A stretch of 45,600 nt of DNA from a virus (Duplodnaviria; Caudoviricetes): positions 1 to 45,600 of the IMG/VR virus record IMGVR_UViG_3300044724_000503; one strand, 5' to 3'. Below, one piece after another: positions 26,399 to 36,092 of this stretch. Position numbers and translations under genes: made by a program. Positions within the stretch are counted from its first letter, which is position 1, and the number at the start of each line of letters is the position of its first letter. The notes below the pieces were generated by a model. That model made no database searches, was not told the DNA's origin, and worked only from the letters and a program-made list of their open reading frames with translations.

Positions 26399-28294
26399 AT
26401 GACTAACGTAACTGTATCTGCATCTGGAGTTTCAGGAACCTCTTCAACTAACTCTGTTACAATCAGTTTGGTTCAACTGATATCCGCTACAGGTTTTGCT
26501 GTAACATCTGGTTTAGGCACTCCGACACTGCCCGGAGTTACCACGACATTAGCTGTAACTGGCACTGCTGGCACCTCGGCGGCTGGCACTGCTTCTGTTT
26601 TGCCAAGCCTTGCCGTTCCTGTCACATCCCCCGCTCTTACGGCTACCCTTCAAACCCTGCCACAAGGCGTAGTTGCGGGTGCAGCCGCCACAGGGGTAAT
26701 AGGAAATGCTGTCACACAAACACAGCTTCCTACGACTTCTCCTGTTACCTTTACAACGAGCAAAGGCAACACATTAGTTACTGTTACGCATCCCGATCAC
26801 GGAGCCTTGGATGGTGACACTGTAATCATTTCAAACGTAGCCTTTGATGCAGATTTGTACCCAGAACTAGCAGAACAGCTAGCGGGTGAGTTCGTTATTA
26901 CAAAAGTTAACGCAAGCCAGTATACATTTAACCTTTCTACAGGAGCTATTGACGGTGTGCTTCAAGCTGGAGAGGCGGATGTAGCTTATGAAATAAACAT
27001 TGGTCTGGATACTTCTACAGGCGGTGTTGGCTGGGGTGCGGGTACATGGGGCCGTGGTGCGTGGGGTAGTGCCGCCAATGTCACCGCTTCAGATGCAATA
27101 CGATTGTGGAAGCAAGATAACTTTGGCGAAGATCTTATCTTTAATGCCGTTGATAACGATATTTATTATTGGGATGCAACACAAGGTTTAGGCACTAGAG
27201 GCAAGTTACTGACCTTTTACTCAAGCAGTGCCCCGTCTAAAGCGCGACAGGTTGCGATATCCGACAGAGATAGACACGTTATAGCGTTTGGAACCACGCC
27301 TATTGGGTCTACAACTATTGACCCGCTACTTATTCGTTTTAGCGACCAAGAGAATGCTTTTGACTGGACGCCTACCGCCACAAACTCAGCGGGTGATTTA
27401 AGAGTTGGGAATGGTTCTAAGATCATACAGGCTGTTGAAACTCGGCGTGAGATAATTGTTATTACCGATAGCTCGGTTCATTCCATGCAATTTACGGGTG
27501 CACCGTTTACTTTTGGTATTACGCAATTGTCTAATCAGACAAGCATCGCAGGTATAAATTCAGCCGTTGCCGTTGGTGACGCCGTGTTTTGGATGGGCAA
27601 AAACCGTTTCTATGTATATGAGGGTCGTGTACAGCCACTACCATGTACGGTTCGTGATTATGTCTTTGATAACTTTGACATACAGCAAGAAGATAAAATA
27701 TTTGCTGGATCAAACGCAGCCTTTGGTGAGGTTTTCTGGTTTTACACCAGCGATGACAACTCTACAGCAAATGGCGGCACTGCCGAAAATGACAGATACG
27801 TTGTATACAACTATGAGCAAAAAATTTGGTATGTTGGCAATTTAGAAAGAACTGCTTGGATTGATCGTGGTATCAACGAGTATCCAATAGCTACCACCTC
27901 TGCTACAAATGTAGATACGCCACTTGTCATGTATGACCATGAGCGTGGTGTTGATGCGGACGGTCAGGCGTTTACAGCGTATATTGAGTCTGCACCCATT
28001 GATATACAGGATGGTGAAAGCTTCTTCTTTGTTCGCCGGATGATACCTGACATCAGCTTTGAAAAGTCAGAGGCCAGCGCAACTAAAGAAGCTACAGTTA
28101 CATTGAAGGCGCAAAGGTTCCCTGGCACTGGGTTCACAACTTCTAAGCCACTAACAGTTACGGATACGACTCAACAAAATCACACCAGACTAAGAGGTAG
28201 GTCTTTTGGTTTGCGGGTAGAGTCTGATAATCAAGGTGTTTTCTGGCGATTGGGTTCACCTCGATTGGAGATACAAGCGGATGGTAAGCGATGA
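26399..28294 (+). CDS. C-terminal part of tail nozzle (P22 gp10 / tubular B-like beta-propeller) with S/T-rich N-terminal extension
   Basis: W..DNFGEDL, LIRFSDQEN, FWMG, GEVFWFY, RTAW, RMIPD, R.RGR and WRLG motifs; own SD AGGTG. Confidence 0.75.
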   Translation: MTNVTVSASGVSGTSSTNSVTISLVQLISATGFAVTSGLGTPTLPGVTTTLAVTGTAGTSAAGTASVLPSLAVPVTSPALTATLQTLPQGVVAGAAATGVIGNAVTQTQLPTTSPVTFTTSKGNTLVTVTHPDHGALDGDTVIISNVAFDADLYPELAEQLAGEFVITKVNASQYTFNLSTGAIDGVLQAGEADVAYEINIGLDTSTGGVGWGAGTWGRGAWGSAANVTASDAIRLWKQDNFGEDLIFNAVDNDIYYWDATQGLGTRGKLLTFYSSSAPSKARQVAISDRDRHVIAFGTTPIGSTTIDPLLIRFSDQENAFDWTPTATNSAGDLRVGNGSKIIQAVETRREIIVITDSSVHSMQFTGAPFTFGITQLSNQTSIAGINSAVAVGDAVFWMGKNRFYVYEGRVQPLPCTVRDYVFDNFDIQQEDKIFAGSNAAFGEVFWFYTSDDNSTANGGTAENDRYVVYNYEQKIWYVGNLERTAWIDRGINEYPIATTSATNVDTPLVMYDHERGVDADGQAFTAYIESAPIDIQDGESFFFVRRMIPDISFEKSEASATKEATVTLKAQRFPGTGFTTSKPLTVTDTTQQNHTRLRGRSFGLRVESDNQGVFWRLGSPRLEIQADGKR

Positions 28295-28518
28295 GTAGAG
28301 AACTTGTACCTCCACGGTTTCCTTTAGCTCCTGAAGAGTATGATAGGCAATACTTTGATGAGATGGTTCGCTCATTAACGCAACTTGTGATACAATTACA
28401 AAACCCTGGTGAGTTGCGGGGCACAAAGATTACGCTTACCGACCTCCCGACCTCTGCAACTGGACTTGAGAGCGGAGCGTTGTATAATGACAGTGGAACT
28501 GTTAAGGTAGTGACATGA
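28291..28518 (+). CDS. Small tail protein
   Basis: PLAPEEYD..LPTSATGL..GALYND.GTVKV. Confidence 0.7.
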   Translation: MSRELVPPRFPLAPEEYDRQYFDEMVRSLTQLVIQLQNPGELRGTKITLTDLPTSATGLESGALYNDSGTVKVVT

Positions 28519-29336
28519 AGCTAAAAGATTTACTTCCTATCGCTGGTGCCGCTGCTGGGTATTTTCTCGGTGGTCCTGCTGGCAGTGCCGCCATCAATGC
28601 CGCACTTGGTTCTGGTATCGGTACACTTGTTGCTGGTGGTGACGCAAAGGACGCTATAAAAAACGCTATTCTAGCTGGTGGCGCAGGTGCGGGACTCGGT
28701 GCTCTTGGAGTACAAGGTGCTGGTGCTGCGCAAGCCGCTGGAGCCGCTGGAGCCGCTGGTGGTCAGGCTGTATACCAAGATGCTATTATGCGAGAAGCTA
28801 GTAAAAAAACTGCTGAAGAAGCGATTAAAAAACAAGCAATGCAGCAAGCGGCAAAGAGCGGGATTCTCGGCTCTGGCATCTCGGTTGGTGATGTGGTTGT
28901 TGGGAGTTCCTTACTCAGCCTAGCTGGTGTAGGTGATGAAGAGGTTAAAGACGAAGAATTTGATCCAAGAGATCTTGAGTCTGCACCAGACTATGAAGGT
29001 CAGCTTATTGGCGGTTTATTCGTGGATCCTGACACTGGAATTGCTTATGACACGATAGAAGAACTTGAGGAAGCTGTAAGCAAGAATAAGGAGTTCGCGG
29101 TTGGCGGGATTATAACTCTTAATCAGGGTGGTTTGATAGAAGGCCCAGGCACTGGAACATCGGATGATGTTAAGGCTGGCATTTATCAAAATGGAAGAAA
29201 AGTTCAGGAAGCAAGGCTTTCGGACGAAGAATTTGTTATGACCAAAAAGGCTGTCACAGGCGCAGGTAATGGCGATCCTAAATTAGGTGCCAAACGAATG
29301 TACGCCATGATGGACAAGTTTGAGAGGATGGCATAA
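28515..29336 (+). CDS. Putative ejection / DNA-transfer protein with Gly-zipper hydrophobic N-terminus
   Basis: GxxxG-rich helices; C-terminal GGLIEGPGTGTSD..RLSDEEFV. Confidence 0.6.
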   Translation: MKLKDLLPIAGAAAGYFLGGPAGSAAINAALGSGIGTLVAGGDAKDAIKNAILAGGAGAGLGALGVQGAGAAQAAGAAGAAGGQAVYQDAIMREASKKTAEEAIKKQAMQQAAKSGILGSGISVGDVVVGSSLLSLAGVGDEEVKDEEFDPRDLESAPDYEGQLIGGLFVDPDTGIAYDTIEELEEAVSKNKEFAVGGIITLNQGGLIEGPGTGTSDDVKAGIYQNGRKVQEARLSDEEFVMTKKAVTGAGNGDPKLGAKRMYAMMDKFERMA

Positions 29337-30223
29337 TGGCTGAAACAGTACGCAGCGAGTCACTTACCCTACTACCAGAATATCAGGAGAAGTTTCTTAA
29401 AGATCTCTTAGCCAGCACTCAAACGCTTGGTGGTCAAGCGACAACGATCCCAGCGTATCAAGTTGCGCCTATGACGGACGCTCAACAGGAAGCAATTGAG
29501 TTGGGTGTATCTGGCATTGGGGCATATCAGCCTATGATGCAGGCTGGGGCCTACACCTTGGGTCAGGGCGTAAGTCAATTGTTGCCCGGAGCCTACCAGC
29601 AATATATGTCTCCGTATACTTCTGAAGTCATTGATCAGAGCATGATGGATCTTCAGCGTCAGGCAGACATGGAGCGTAAGCGTATTGGTGATGCCGCCAT
29701 ACAGTCTGGTGCCTTTGGTGGATCACGCCAAGCCGTAGCTGAACAGGAGCTACAGCGCAACACAGCGGACGCTTTTGCCCGTCAATCAGCACAGCTTCGA
29801 GCACAGGCGTTTGAGTCGGCGCAAGACAGATCACAACAGGCTGGTGAGTTGTTTGGTAAGCTAGGTCTACAACAGGCGGCACTAGGTGAATCAGCCCAAG
29901 GCGCACAGGCCAGAGATGTACAGCTTCTGTCACAGTTGGGCGGTATGGAACAACAGCAACAACAAGCTGAGTTGGAAGCACAGAGAGCCACGGATCTTGA
30001 ACGCCAGTACGAGCCGTTTCAACGGATTGGTTTCATGTCTGACATCTTCCGTGGTGTGCCGTCTACTACAAGTACAATTCAATCAAGCACATCTCCGAGT
30101 CCTAGCACCCTGTCTCAGGTCGCAGGTTTGGGTATGGGTATTGCGGGTCTTAATCAAGCTGGAGCGTTTGGTCAGGGCGGTATCTTTGGTGGTATTGGGA
30201 ATATGCTTGGGTTTGGTAGCTAA
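29336..30223 (+). CDS. Putative ejection / DNA-transfer protein
   Basis: Gln/Ala-rich with YMSPY..V and GAFGGSR motifs; Gly-rich hydrophobic C-terminus. Confidence 0.65.
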   Translation: MAETVRSESLTLLPEYQEKFLKDLLASTQTLGGQATTIPAYQVAPMTDAQQEAIELGVSGIGAYQPMMQAGAYTLGQGVSQLLPGAYQQYMSPYTSEVIDQSMMDLQRQADMERKRIGDAAIQSGAFGGSRQAVAEQELQRNTADAFARQSAQLRAQAFESAQDRSQQAGELFGKLGLQQAALGESAQGAQARDVQLLSQLGGMEQQQQQAELEAQRATDLERQYEPFQRIGFMSDIFRGVPSTTSTIQSSTSPSPSTLSQVAGLGMGIAGLNQAGAFGQGGIFGGIGNMLGFGS

Positions 30224-32406
30224 TGAGCAACGTGTATAACAGAAAAATGTTTCGTCAGCGCAATGCGCGAAACGCTTTGAATCAATCGGCTGGTGTAGCT
30301 CCTGTTCAGAAGTTTAACACAGGTGGTCAGGTGTTTGCGCCTAGACCACGAAATGTATTTTCTTCTCCTTTAACAAATAAAAGTTTTAGAGGAACAATAC
30401 CAAGCGGTAGCGGTATCACAAGCTTACAGCCTCTAAATATTGCTCGTAGATTTATAACAAGTGGTCGTAATGTAGGATACGGTGACGGTGCAGGGATTAG
30501 CCCCGGTGAGTACGCTGTGTTGCAAGCAGCACAGAGCCGTTATCTAACGGGTCAAGCAATGAAAGACCCTACAGACACTAGGATCGGTGGAGCGATCACT
30601 GAAGCTTTGCGTGTTCCAGCAGAAGCGGCGGCTGGTAGTGGAGCGTTTATTGGTAGTTTAGCAAATCAAGGCATACAATCATTGCTGTCTTCGCCGAAAG
30701 GAGCAGGCACAGATAGCTTTGGACAACGCATGGCTGGTATGAAGCCGGGGGCACTTGATCCTAGCTTCTTGGCCAGCATGGGCATAAATGAAATTGATCC
30801 TACTGCCTACAGTGCTCCAATAGGACCTCAGCCAAAAGTGCCTACTCCTACAGGCGTAGCGGCAAAGTCTACAGGTATTTCACCTACAGGCGTACCGTCT
30901 GCACCAAATATTCCAGCAGATGAGCGTATGGCTCGTGATCAACAAATTCGTCAAGCGCAAGATATTACTGCACAAGGTGGCATGTATGTTACAGACGAAG
31001 AGACTGGAGCTTTCCCAGCAAGTGTAGATGCGCAAGAAGACGCCTTGAGAAACTTAACTGATAGTCTTGTGCCCGGTGCTGGAGGCGAGGGTGCAGACGC
31101 TGGTGACGATCTTGTGGAAACAAAACCAACCATTGATGATGCTGGCGAGGATGATGCCACACCAAGCACAGGTACAGGCACAGGTACGCAAGAAGGTTCT
31201 GGTGTTACGGGCGCAGCAGACACTAAAGAAGAAATTGATCGTGTCATAAACAGTGGCACCAAAGAAGAACAAGAGAAAACACTAGATTCGTTTATTAAAG
31301 AGTTTATGGACAAAGCTCCCGGTTACGAAGGTGCTGACAGTGGTCTTGTCCTTGCCAAGATTGGTTTTGCCATGGCCGCAGGTAAAAGTCCTCGCGCTAT
31401 TGAGAATATTTCAAAAGCGTTAAGTGATGGCGCAGACATGCTGATTAAGGACAAGAATAAAAAATCTGAATTTGATCGTCAGTTAAAGCTGTCTGCCTTG
31501 CAGTATGGATTGAGCGAAACTGGTAAGTTGAGAGCACAAGAAAGACTTGATGATCGTAATTTCTTAAATTTAGTAGATAAGAATGGGAAACCTGCCCGAA
31601 TAAGCATGACAGAACTGTTGGCAAATGATGGTAAAATCCCAGAGGGTTTACTAGATAAAGATGTGTTCTTAGCTCAAGAAAAAGCAGCTACAGAAAGAAT
31701 TAAAAATATCAATGCGCAAACTGCGGCATTAAGAAAAGAACTTGTGCTTTCAGACACAGCGGCAAAAGATATCCAAGAAAGTTATGGTAAAGCTGCAAAA
31801 CGATACATTGATGCTGAAGTCGGCATTGAGTTTACAGAAAAAGCACTATTGAATATAGCAGACGATGGATCAGTCACGGGTTTAAAAGGTTCAGTTAAAG
31901 ACTTAGCAAATAAACTTGCTAACGCTGGTGGTTTTGACCTTGGTACAAAATATCAAACTAAAGCTGATTTTGAAAAGAATGTTCGGATGGCTTTTCAAAA
32001 ACTAATTCCTGTTTCACTCGCGGGAGTTCAGTCAGCTAACTCTATCTCAAATAAAGATGTTCAATTCTTGGCAGATGCATATATTGATTCAGCGATATTA
32101 GAAGGCGGAGCGTTTAGCTTGGCCATGATTGATGAAGATGTTCTAGCCAGCAAGTTACAAGGTGTCGTTAGTGAGTTTAGAAGAAATCAAGCTACAGCAG
32201 CAGGTGATATGAGAGGCATCGAAGATCGTTTGACTGGTAGAATACTTCCGGGTCAAGGAGAAGGTTCTGCGGCGACACTTCTCGCTCAATCTAAAAAAGC
32301 ACTTGAACCGTTTGGTATTGGTCAAAGAACTTCTTTAGGTTTGGTTGATACTGGTCAGAAAAACGCTCAAGGCATGCCTATATTTAAACTACCATCGGCT
32401 GGATAG
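30223..32406 (+). CDS. Large internal virion (ejection) protein
   Basis: 727 aa; VYNRKMF..FNTGGQV N-terminus, low-complexity middle and helical C-terminal half. Confidence 0.6.
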   Translation: MSNVYNRKMFRQRNARNALNQSAGVAPVQKFNTGGQVFAPRPRNVFSSPLTNKSFRGTIPSGSGITSLQPLNIARRFITSGRNVGYGDGAGISPGEYAVLQAAQSRYLTGQAMKDPTDTRIGGAITEALRVPAEAAAGSGAFIGSLANQGIQSLLSSPKGAGTDSFGQRMAGMKPGALDPSFLASMGINEIDPTAYSAPIGPQPKVPTPTGVAAKSTGISPTGVPSAPNIPADERMARDQQIRQAQDITAQGGMYVTDEETGAFPASVDAQEDALRNLTDSLVPGAGGEGADAGDDLVETKPTIDDAGEDDATPSTGTGTGTQEGSGVTGAADTKEEIDRVINSGTKEEQEKTLDSFIKEFMDKAPGYEGADSGLVLAKIGFAMAAGKSPRAIENISKALSDGADMLIKDKNKKSEFDRQLKLSALQYGLSETGKLRAQERLDDRNFLNLVDKNGKPARISMTELLANDGKIPEGLLDKDVFLAQEKAATERIKNINAQTAALRKELVLSDTAAKDIQESYGKAAKRYIDAEVGIEFTEKALLNIADDGSVTGLKGSVKDLANKLANAGGFDLGTKYQTKADFEKNVRMAFQKLIPVSLAGVQSANSISNKDVQFLADAYIDSAILEGGAFSLAMIDEDVLASKLQGVVSEFRRNQATAAGDMRGIEDRLTGRILPGQGEGSAATLLAQSKKALEPFGIGQRTSLGLVDTGQKNAQGMPIFKLPSAG

Positions 32407-32415
32407 GAGAGCGTC

Positions 32416-35400
32416 ATGGGTTCAATTGTCGTTGAAACCGCTCAAGGACCAGTTCAGGTTGATATTGCTGGGGATGCGCCTACAGCCGAAGAACAGCAAG
32501 CAATCATCAATCAGTTTAGTGCGCCTCAACCATCACAAACTGAATTAGATTTTGCTACAGCGTCATTAGACGAAATTCGTGATTATGCTAGGCAGAAGAG
32601 ATTAGCTGGCATAGATCCAGCAACGGGTGCTCCGATCACCGAAGACGAATACGTCAGCAAGTATAAAGAACCCGGCGTGGATTATCGCACGGGTGTAGAC
32701 AGTGTTGGTGGCTTCTCTCGTTTACAGTTTGGTCGCATGGATACGGCTGGTGAGAAGTCTAACTATCTAAAAGGTATCGTTGGTGAAACAGGTTTCCGTG
32801 TAGATCCCTTGGGTAGACACATTCTTACGCAAGAAGGTCGTACCAAACTTGGTTTAGGTGAAGGGCGCGAGCTTGCGATTGATGAAGAAGGTTTCTCGTT
32901 TAACGATGTAAAAGAGTTTACCGGAGCCGCTGGCCTCCCGATTCTTGCTGCTACAGGCACAGCTATCGCCGCATCTGGAGTGGGGTTTGTTCCGGGTATG
33001 TTGTTGGTAGGATTAGCTGGTGCTGGAGGTAAACTTCTTGATGAGGGCATTGAAGCCGCAGAAGGTTTACAACAGCAAAGCATTGGCGATATTGCTCGTG
33101 ATGCGGCATATGAAGGTGCCTTTGCCGCTGGAGGCGAAGGCATCGGGCGAGGTATTTCTAAACTCTTTGGCCGTATCATCAAAGGTCCTGGTGGCGAGGC
33201 TAATGAAGCTTTGCGTGCGCAGGCTCGTGAAGTTATCAATCGTGGCTACCGTCCAACTGTAGCGGGGGCAACCAGTCCAGAGTTTCGTCCTATCCTAAAT
33301 CGTTTGCAGGCTGTGTATGAGGGAGTGTTCCCAAATCAAAAAGCCGCTACACAAAACCTAAATCAGGTTATCCAAGACATGAGAAGACTTGGATTAGCAG
33401 ACGATGCCGCTATCAACAACCTTGATGAAGTGGTTAAAAACGACATCAACAAATTCTATCGAGGTGCCGACCAGACTTTAGCGGATGCGCAAAAGAGCAT
33501 GGACGATGCTGTTCGTGGTGAGATCAGCACGATCATGCGTAACCTGAAAGATGGTAAAACCATACCAAAAGATCTTGATGACATGATCCGCCTGCGTAAG
33601 CGTGTGTTTGATGAGGATGTTGATCGCTTGTACACAATGGTTGGGGACAAGTTGCGTGGTCAAGCAATAATCCCCACAGGTGCCATTAAAAAAGAATTGA
33701 AGCGATTAAATAGAGAAACCATCGCTGATATTGAGGCAACTAAGTTTGCTAGAGAAGTTGAGGCTTTAGGTGATTTTGCTACACCTCAACAGTTGTCTAG
33801 GATCCGTACAGGTTTGACAGACGCTTCTCGCAACCCGGCTCTTCTAAACGATGTCAACGTAGGTGCACTAGGCGCACTAAAAGCATCTGTTAACCAAGCT
33901 TTTACTGATGCCGAAATAACACTGGCTCAAATGTCAAAGATGGGACTGGATGATGCAATAACCACAGTGGGAGGCCCAAGTATTCAAAGACCCCCAGGGT
34001 TCAAGATGAATATCACAACCGCTGAAGCATCTGATGCTTTGAACCTGTTAAGCCGCACTAACAATTTTTATCGGAACGGTATTGGGCGTTTTGACAATAT
34101 CGTTGTGCAAGACATTATCAAACAGACTCGTTCTGGTCAGATGAACATGAGGTTTATCTTCGACAAGATTATTCAAGAGGATAACCCCGAAGCGTTTGAT
34201 CAATTGATGAAGGCTATTCGTGGTGCGCCTACAGGAAAAGCTTTGGGGGCAGACACAGGTATCATTGATCTTGCAGAAGGAACTAGGATTCTCAAGACTC
34301 GCAAGATTGGTAATCGCACCGTAGAACAAGCTTTGCGGGATGTGCAAGGACTACCAGCAAACAATCGCACTCGTATGATGGTCGAAAAAGCGGCTCGTGA
34401 CATTGAAGCAGAAGCGGCTGAACTTGCTCGTATTCGTGGTAACGGTGCAGAGATGGCAGAAGAAGTACGCCAAGGTCTGTCTAGAATGTACATACAGGAA
34501 CAGGTTAAGCGTTCTCTTACAATTGATCCAGCTACGGGTGTAGAGGTTATTGATCCGATTAAACTGGTAGCAAACATACGTCAGAAGGGCACTACTGTTG
34601 ACAAAATGCTGGGCAAAGAACTCAAAGATGTGAATGACATTTTAACAGTTCTTGAGCGTGGTAAAGCAAACTTAGCCCCAGACGTTGTGAATCAATTGCG
34701 TAGTAAGCCGCTGGGGCAAGCGTTGCGTGATCTGCAAGCCGCTGAAGCACGCCGTGCAGCATTGGACAAAGACGTTATTATTAACACGTTGAGATCAACT
34801 AGCGATCCAGATGTCATTGCACAAACAGTTTTCAAAAGCCCTAGCTCTGTTCGTCAAGCGCAACGGTTCTTACCTGAAGAAACCATGAACAACGTCCGTG
34901 ATGCTTCTATGGGTAGAATATTGAAACAGATTGGTGCAACTGTAGACGAAGCTGGCCAAGTACGAATGACAGATGATTTCATTGAGTCTTTCAAATCTGG
35001 TAAGCTAGGAGGCAAACTACAATCAGTGCTTCGGTCTTACGGTCCTGACACCATCAATTCAATGTTTGGACGCAACGCATTTGATAGCTTGAACGCTATG
35101 GCAGAAACAATGGTCAAGGCATCAAACGCCGCAATTGCTGGTAAGGGCGGTCTTGCTGCTCCGAACATCGCACTTGGTCTTGGTGTTGTCAGTTTGATTA
35201 TGAATCCTCTGGCTACATTGCCTACAGCAGTGGCTTATGGCGTTATGTCAAAAGCATTACGCGATCCTCGAGTCTTGCGTATGATGATGGCATCACGCAA
35301 GCCAAACAGCGTAAAAGATTTTCTGTCTGGAAAGTTCAAAGCAAATGACCCAATCGCGCAGGGTTTTCAAGTTATGAATCAACTGGTCGCCGCCGCCGCT

Positions 35401-35634
35401 GTTCAAGGAACACGCATGAGCGTAGAACAAACAGCGGAAGAAGTAAGACCTGTAACTCAAGAGGCAATGCAACAAATTGCACCTACGATAAATCAAGCCG
35501 CTCAAACGGTTGCACAGCAGGCTCCACAAGTTATGCCTGGTACGGCTGGTAGCGCGGCACAAGTATCTCCAATTTTGTTACCTGATCCTGCGACAGCAGC
35601 ACTGGCGCAGCAGTTAGGAAGGACAACACCATGA
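32416..35634 (+). CDS. Very large internal virion (ejection) protein
   Basis: 1072-aa helical protein with hydrophobic segments; last gene of the structural block. Confidence 0.65.
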   Translation: MGSIVVETAQGPVQVDIAGDAPTAEEQQAIINQFSAPQPSQTELDFATASLDEIRDYARQKRLAGIDPATGAPITEDEYVSKYKEPGVDYRTGVDSVGGFSRLQFGRMDTAGEKSNYLKGIVGETGFRVDPLGRHILTQEGRTKLGLGEGRELAIDEEGFSFNDVKEFTGAAGLPILAATGTAIAASGVGFVPGMLLVGLAGAGGKLLDEGIEAAEGLQQQSIGDIARDAAYEGAFAAGGEGIGRGISKLFGRIIKGPGGEANEALRAQAREVINRGYRPTVAGATSPEFRPILNRLQAVYEGVFPNQKAATQNLNQVIQDMRRLGLADDAAINNLDEVVKNDINKFYRGADQTLADAQKSMDDAVRGEISTIMRNLKDGKTIPKDLDDMIRLRKRVFDEDVDRLYTMVGDKLRGQAIIPTGAIKKELKRLNRETIADIEATKFAREVEALGDFATPQQLSRIRTGLTDASRNPALLNDVNVGALGALKASVNQAFTDAEITLAQMSKMGLDDAITTVGGPSIQRPPGFKMNITTAEASDALNLLSRTNNFYRNGIGRFDNIVVQDIIKQTRSGQMNMRFIFDKIIQEDNPEAFDQLMKAIRGAPTGKALGADTGIIDLAEGTRILKTRKIGNRTVEQALRDVQGLPANNRTRMMVEKAARDIEAEAAELARIRGNGAEMAEEVRQGLSRMYIQEQVKRSLTIDPATGVEVIDPIKLVANIRQKGTTVDKMLGKELKDVNDILTVLERGKANLAPDVVNQLRSKPLGQALRDLQAAEARRAALDKDVIINTLRSTSDPDVIAQTVFKSPSSVRQAQRFLPEETMNNVRDASMGRILKQIGATVDEAGQVRMTDDFIESFKSGKLGGKLQSVLRSYGPDTINSMFGRNAFDSLNAMAETMVKASNAAIAGKGGLAAPNIALGLGVVSLIMNPLATLPTAVAYGVMSKALRDPRVLRMMMASRKPNSVKDFLSGKFKANDPIAQGFQVMNQLVAAAAVQGTRMSVEQTAEEVRPVTQEAMQQIAPTINQAAQTVAQQAPQVMPGTAGSAAQVSPILLPDPATAALAQQLGRTTP

Positions 35635-36092
35635 ATAAAGATAAACTTAGGGCTGAAATAGCTGAAGACGAAGGATGCAAGTACGAAATATACTTGGACC
35701 ATTTAGGCCTAGAAACGTGTGGAATCGGTCATTTAATCCGTGAGTCAGACGAAGAGTATGGTAAGCCCGTAGGCACAGTTGTAGAACAAGAACGTGTCAA
35801 GCAACTGTTCAATCTTGACATTGCTGTAACTCTTGAAGACTGCAAAAGACTGTATCCTGACTGGGGCGATTTACCACAAGAGTGTCAACATATTGTAGCA
35901 AACATGATGTTTAATCTTGGTTACCCTAGGCTAGCTAAATTTAAAAAGATGAAGGCTGCTGTTGATGACAGAGATTTTAATGAAGCCGCAAACCAGATGG
36001 TTTCTTCAAAGTGGTATACGCAAGTCCCCAATCGAGCCAGACGCTTGGTCGCTAGGATGCGAGCACTAGCCGATGACTCAAGTAGCAGTTGA
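35631..36092 (+). CDS. Endolysin, T4-type lysozyme (GH24)
   Basis: DEG......YLDHLGLETCGIGHL (E-x8-D-x5-T triad), NMMFNLG and SKWYTQVPNRARRL. Confidence 0.92.
   Translation: MNKDKLRAEIAEDEGCKYEIYLDHLGLETCGIGHLIRESDEEYGKPVGTVVEQERVKQLFNLDIAVTLEDCKRLYPDWGDLPQECQHIVANMMFNLGYPRLAKFKKMKAAVDDRDFNEAANQMVSSKWYTQVPNRARRLVARMRALADDSSSS

Noticed and set aside
26380-26401. Programmed frameshift or readthrough joining the nozzle halves
   Set aside because: No slippery sequence seen, the frames differ, and the second ORF has its own SD. Not fully excluded.
28733-28759. 9-bp tandem repeat AGCCGCTGG x3 (also a 15-bp x2 repeat at 19176-19205)
   Set aside because: In-frame low-complexity coding slippage; not CRISPR or regulatory.
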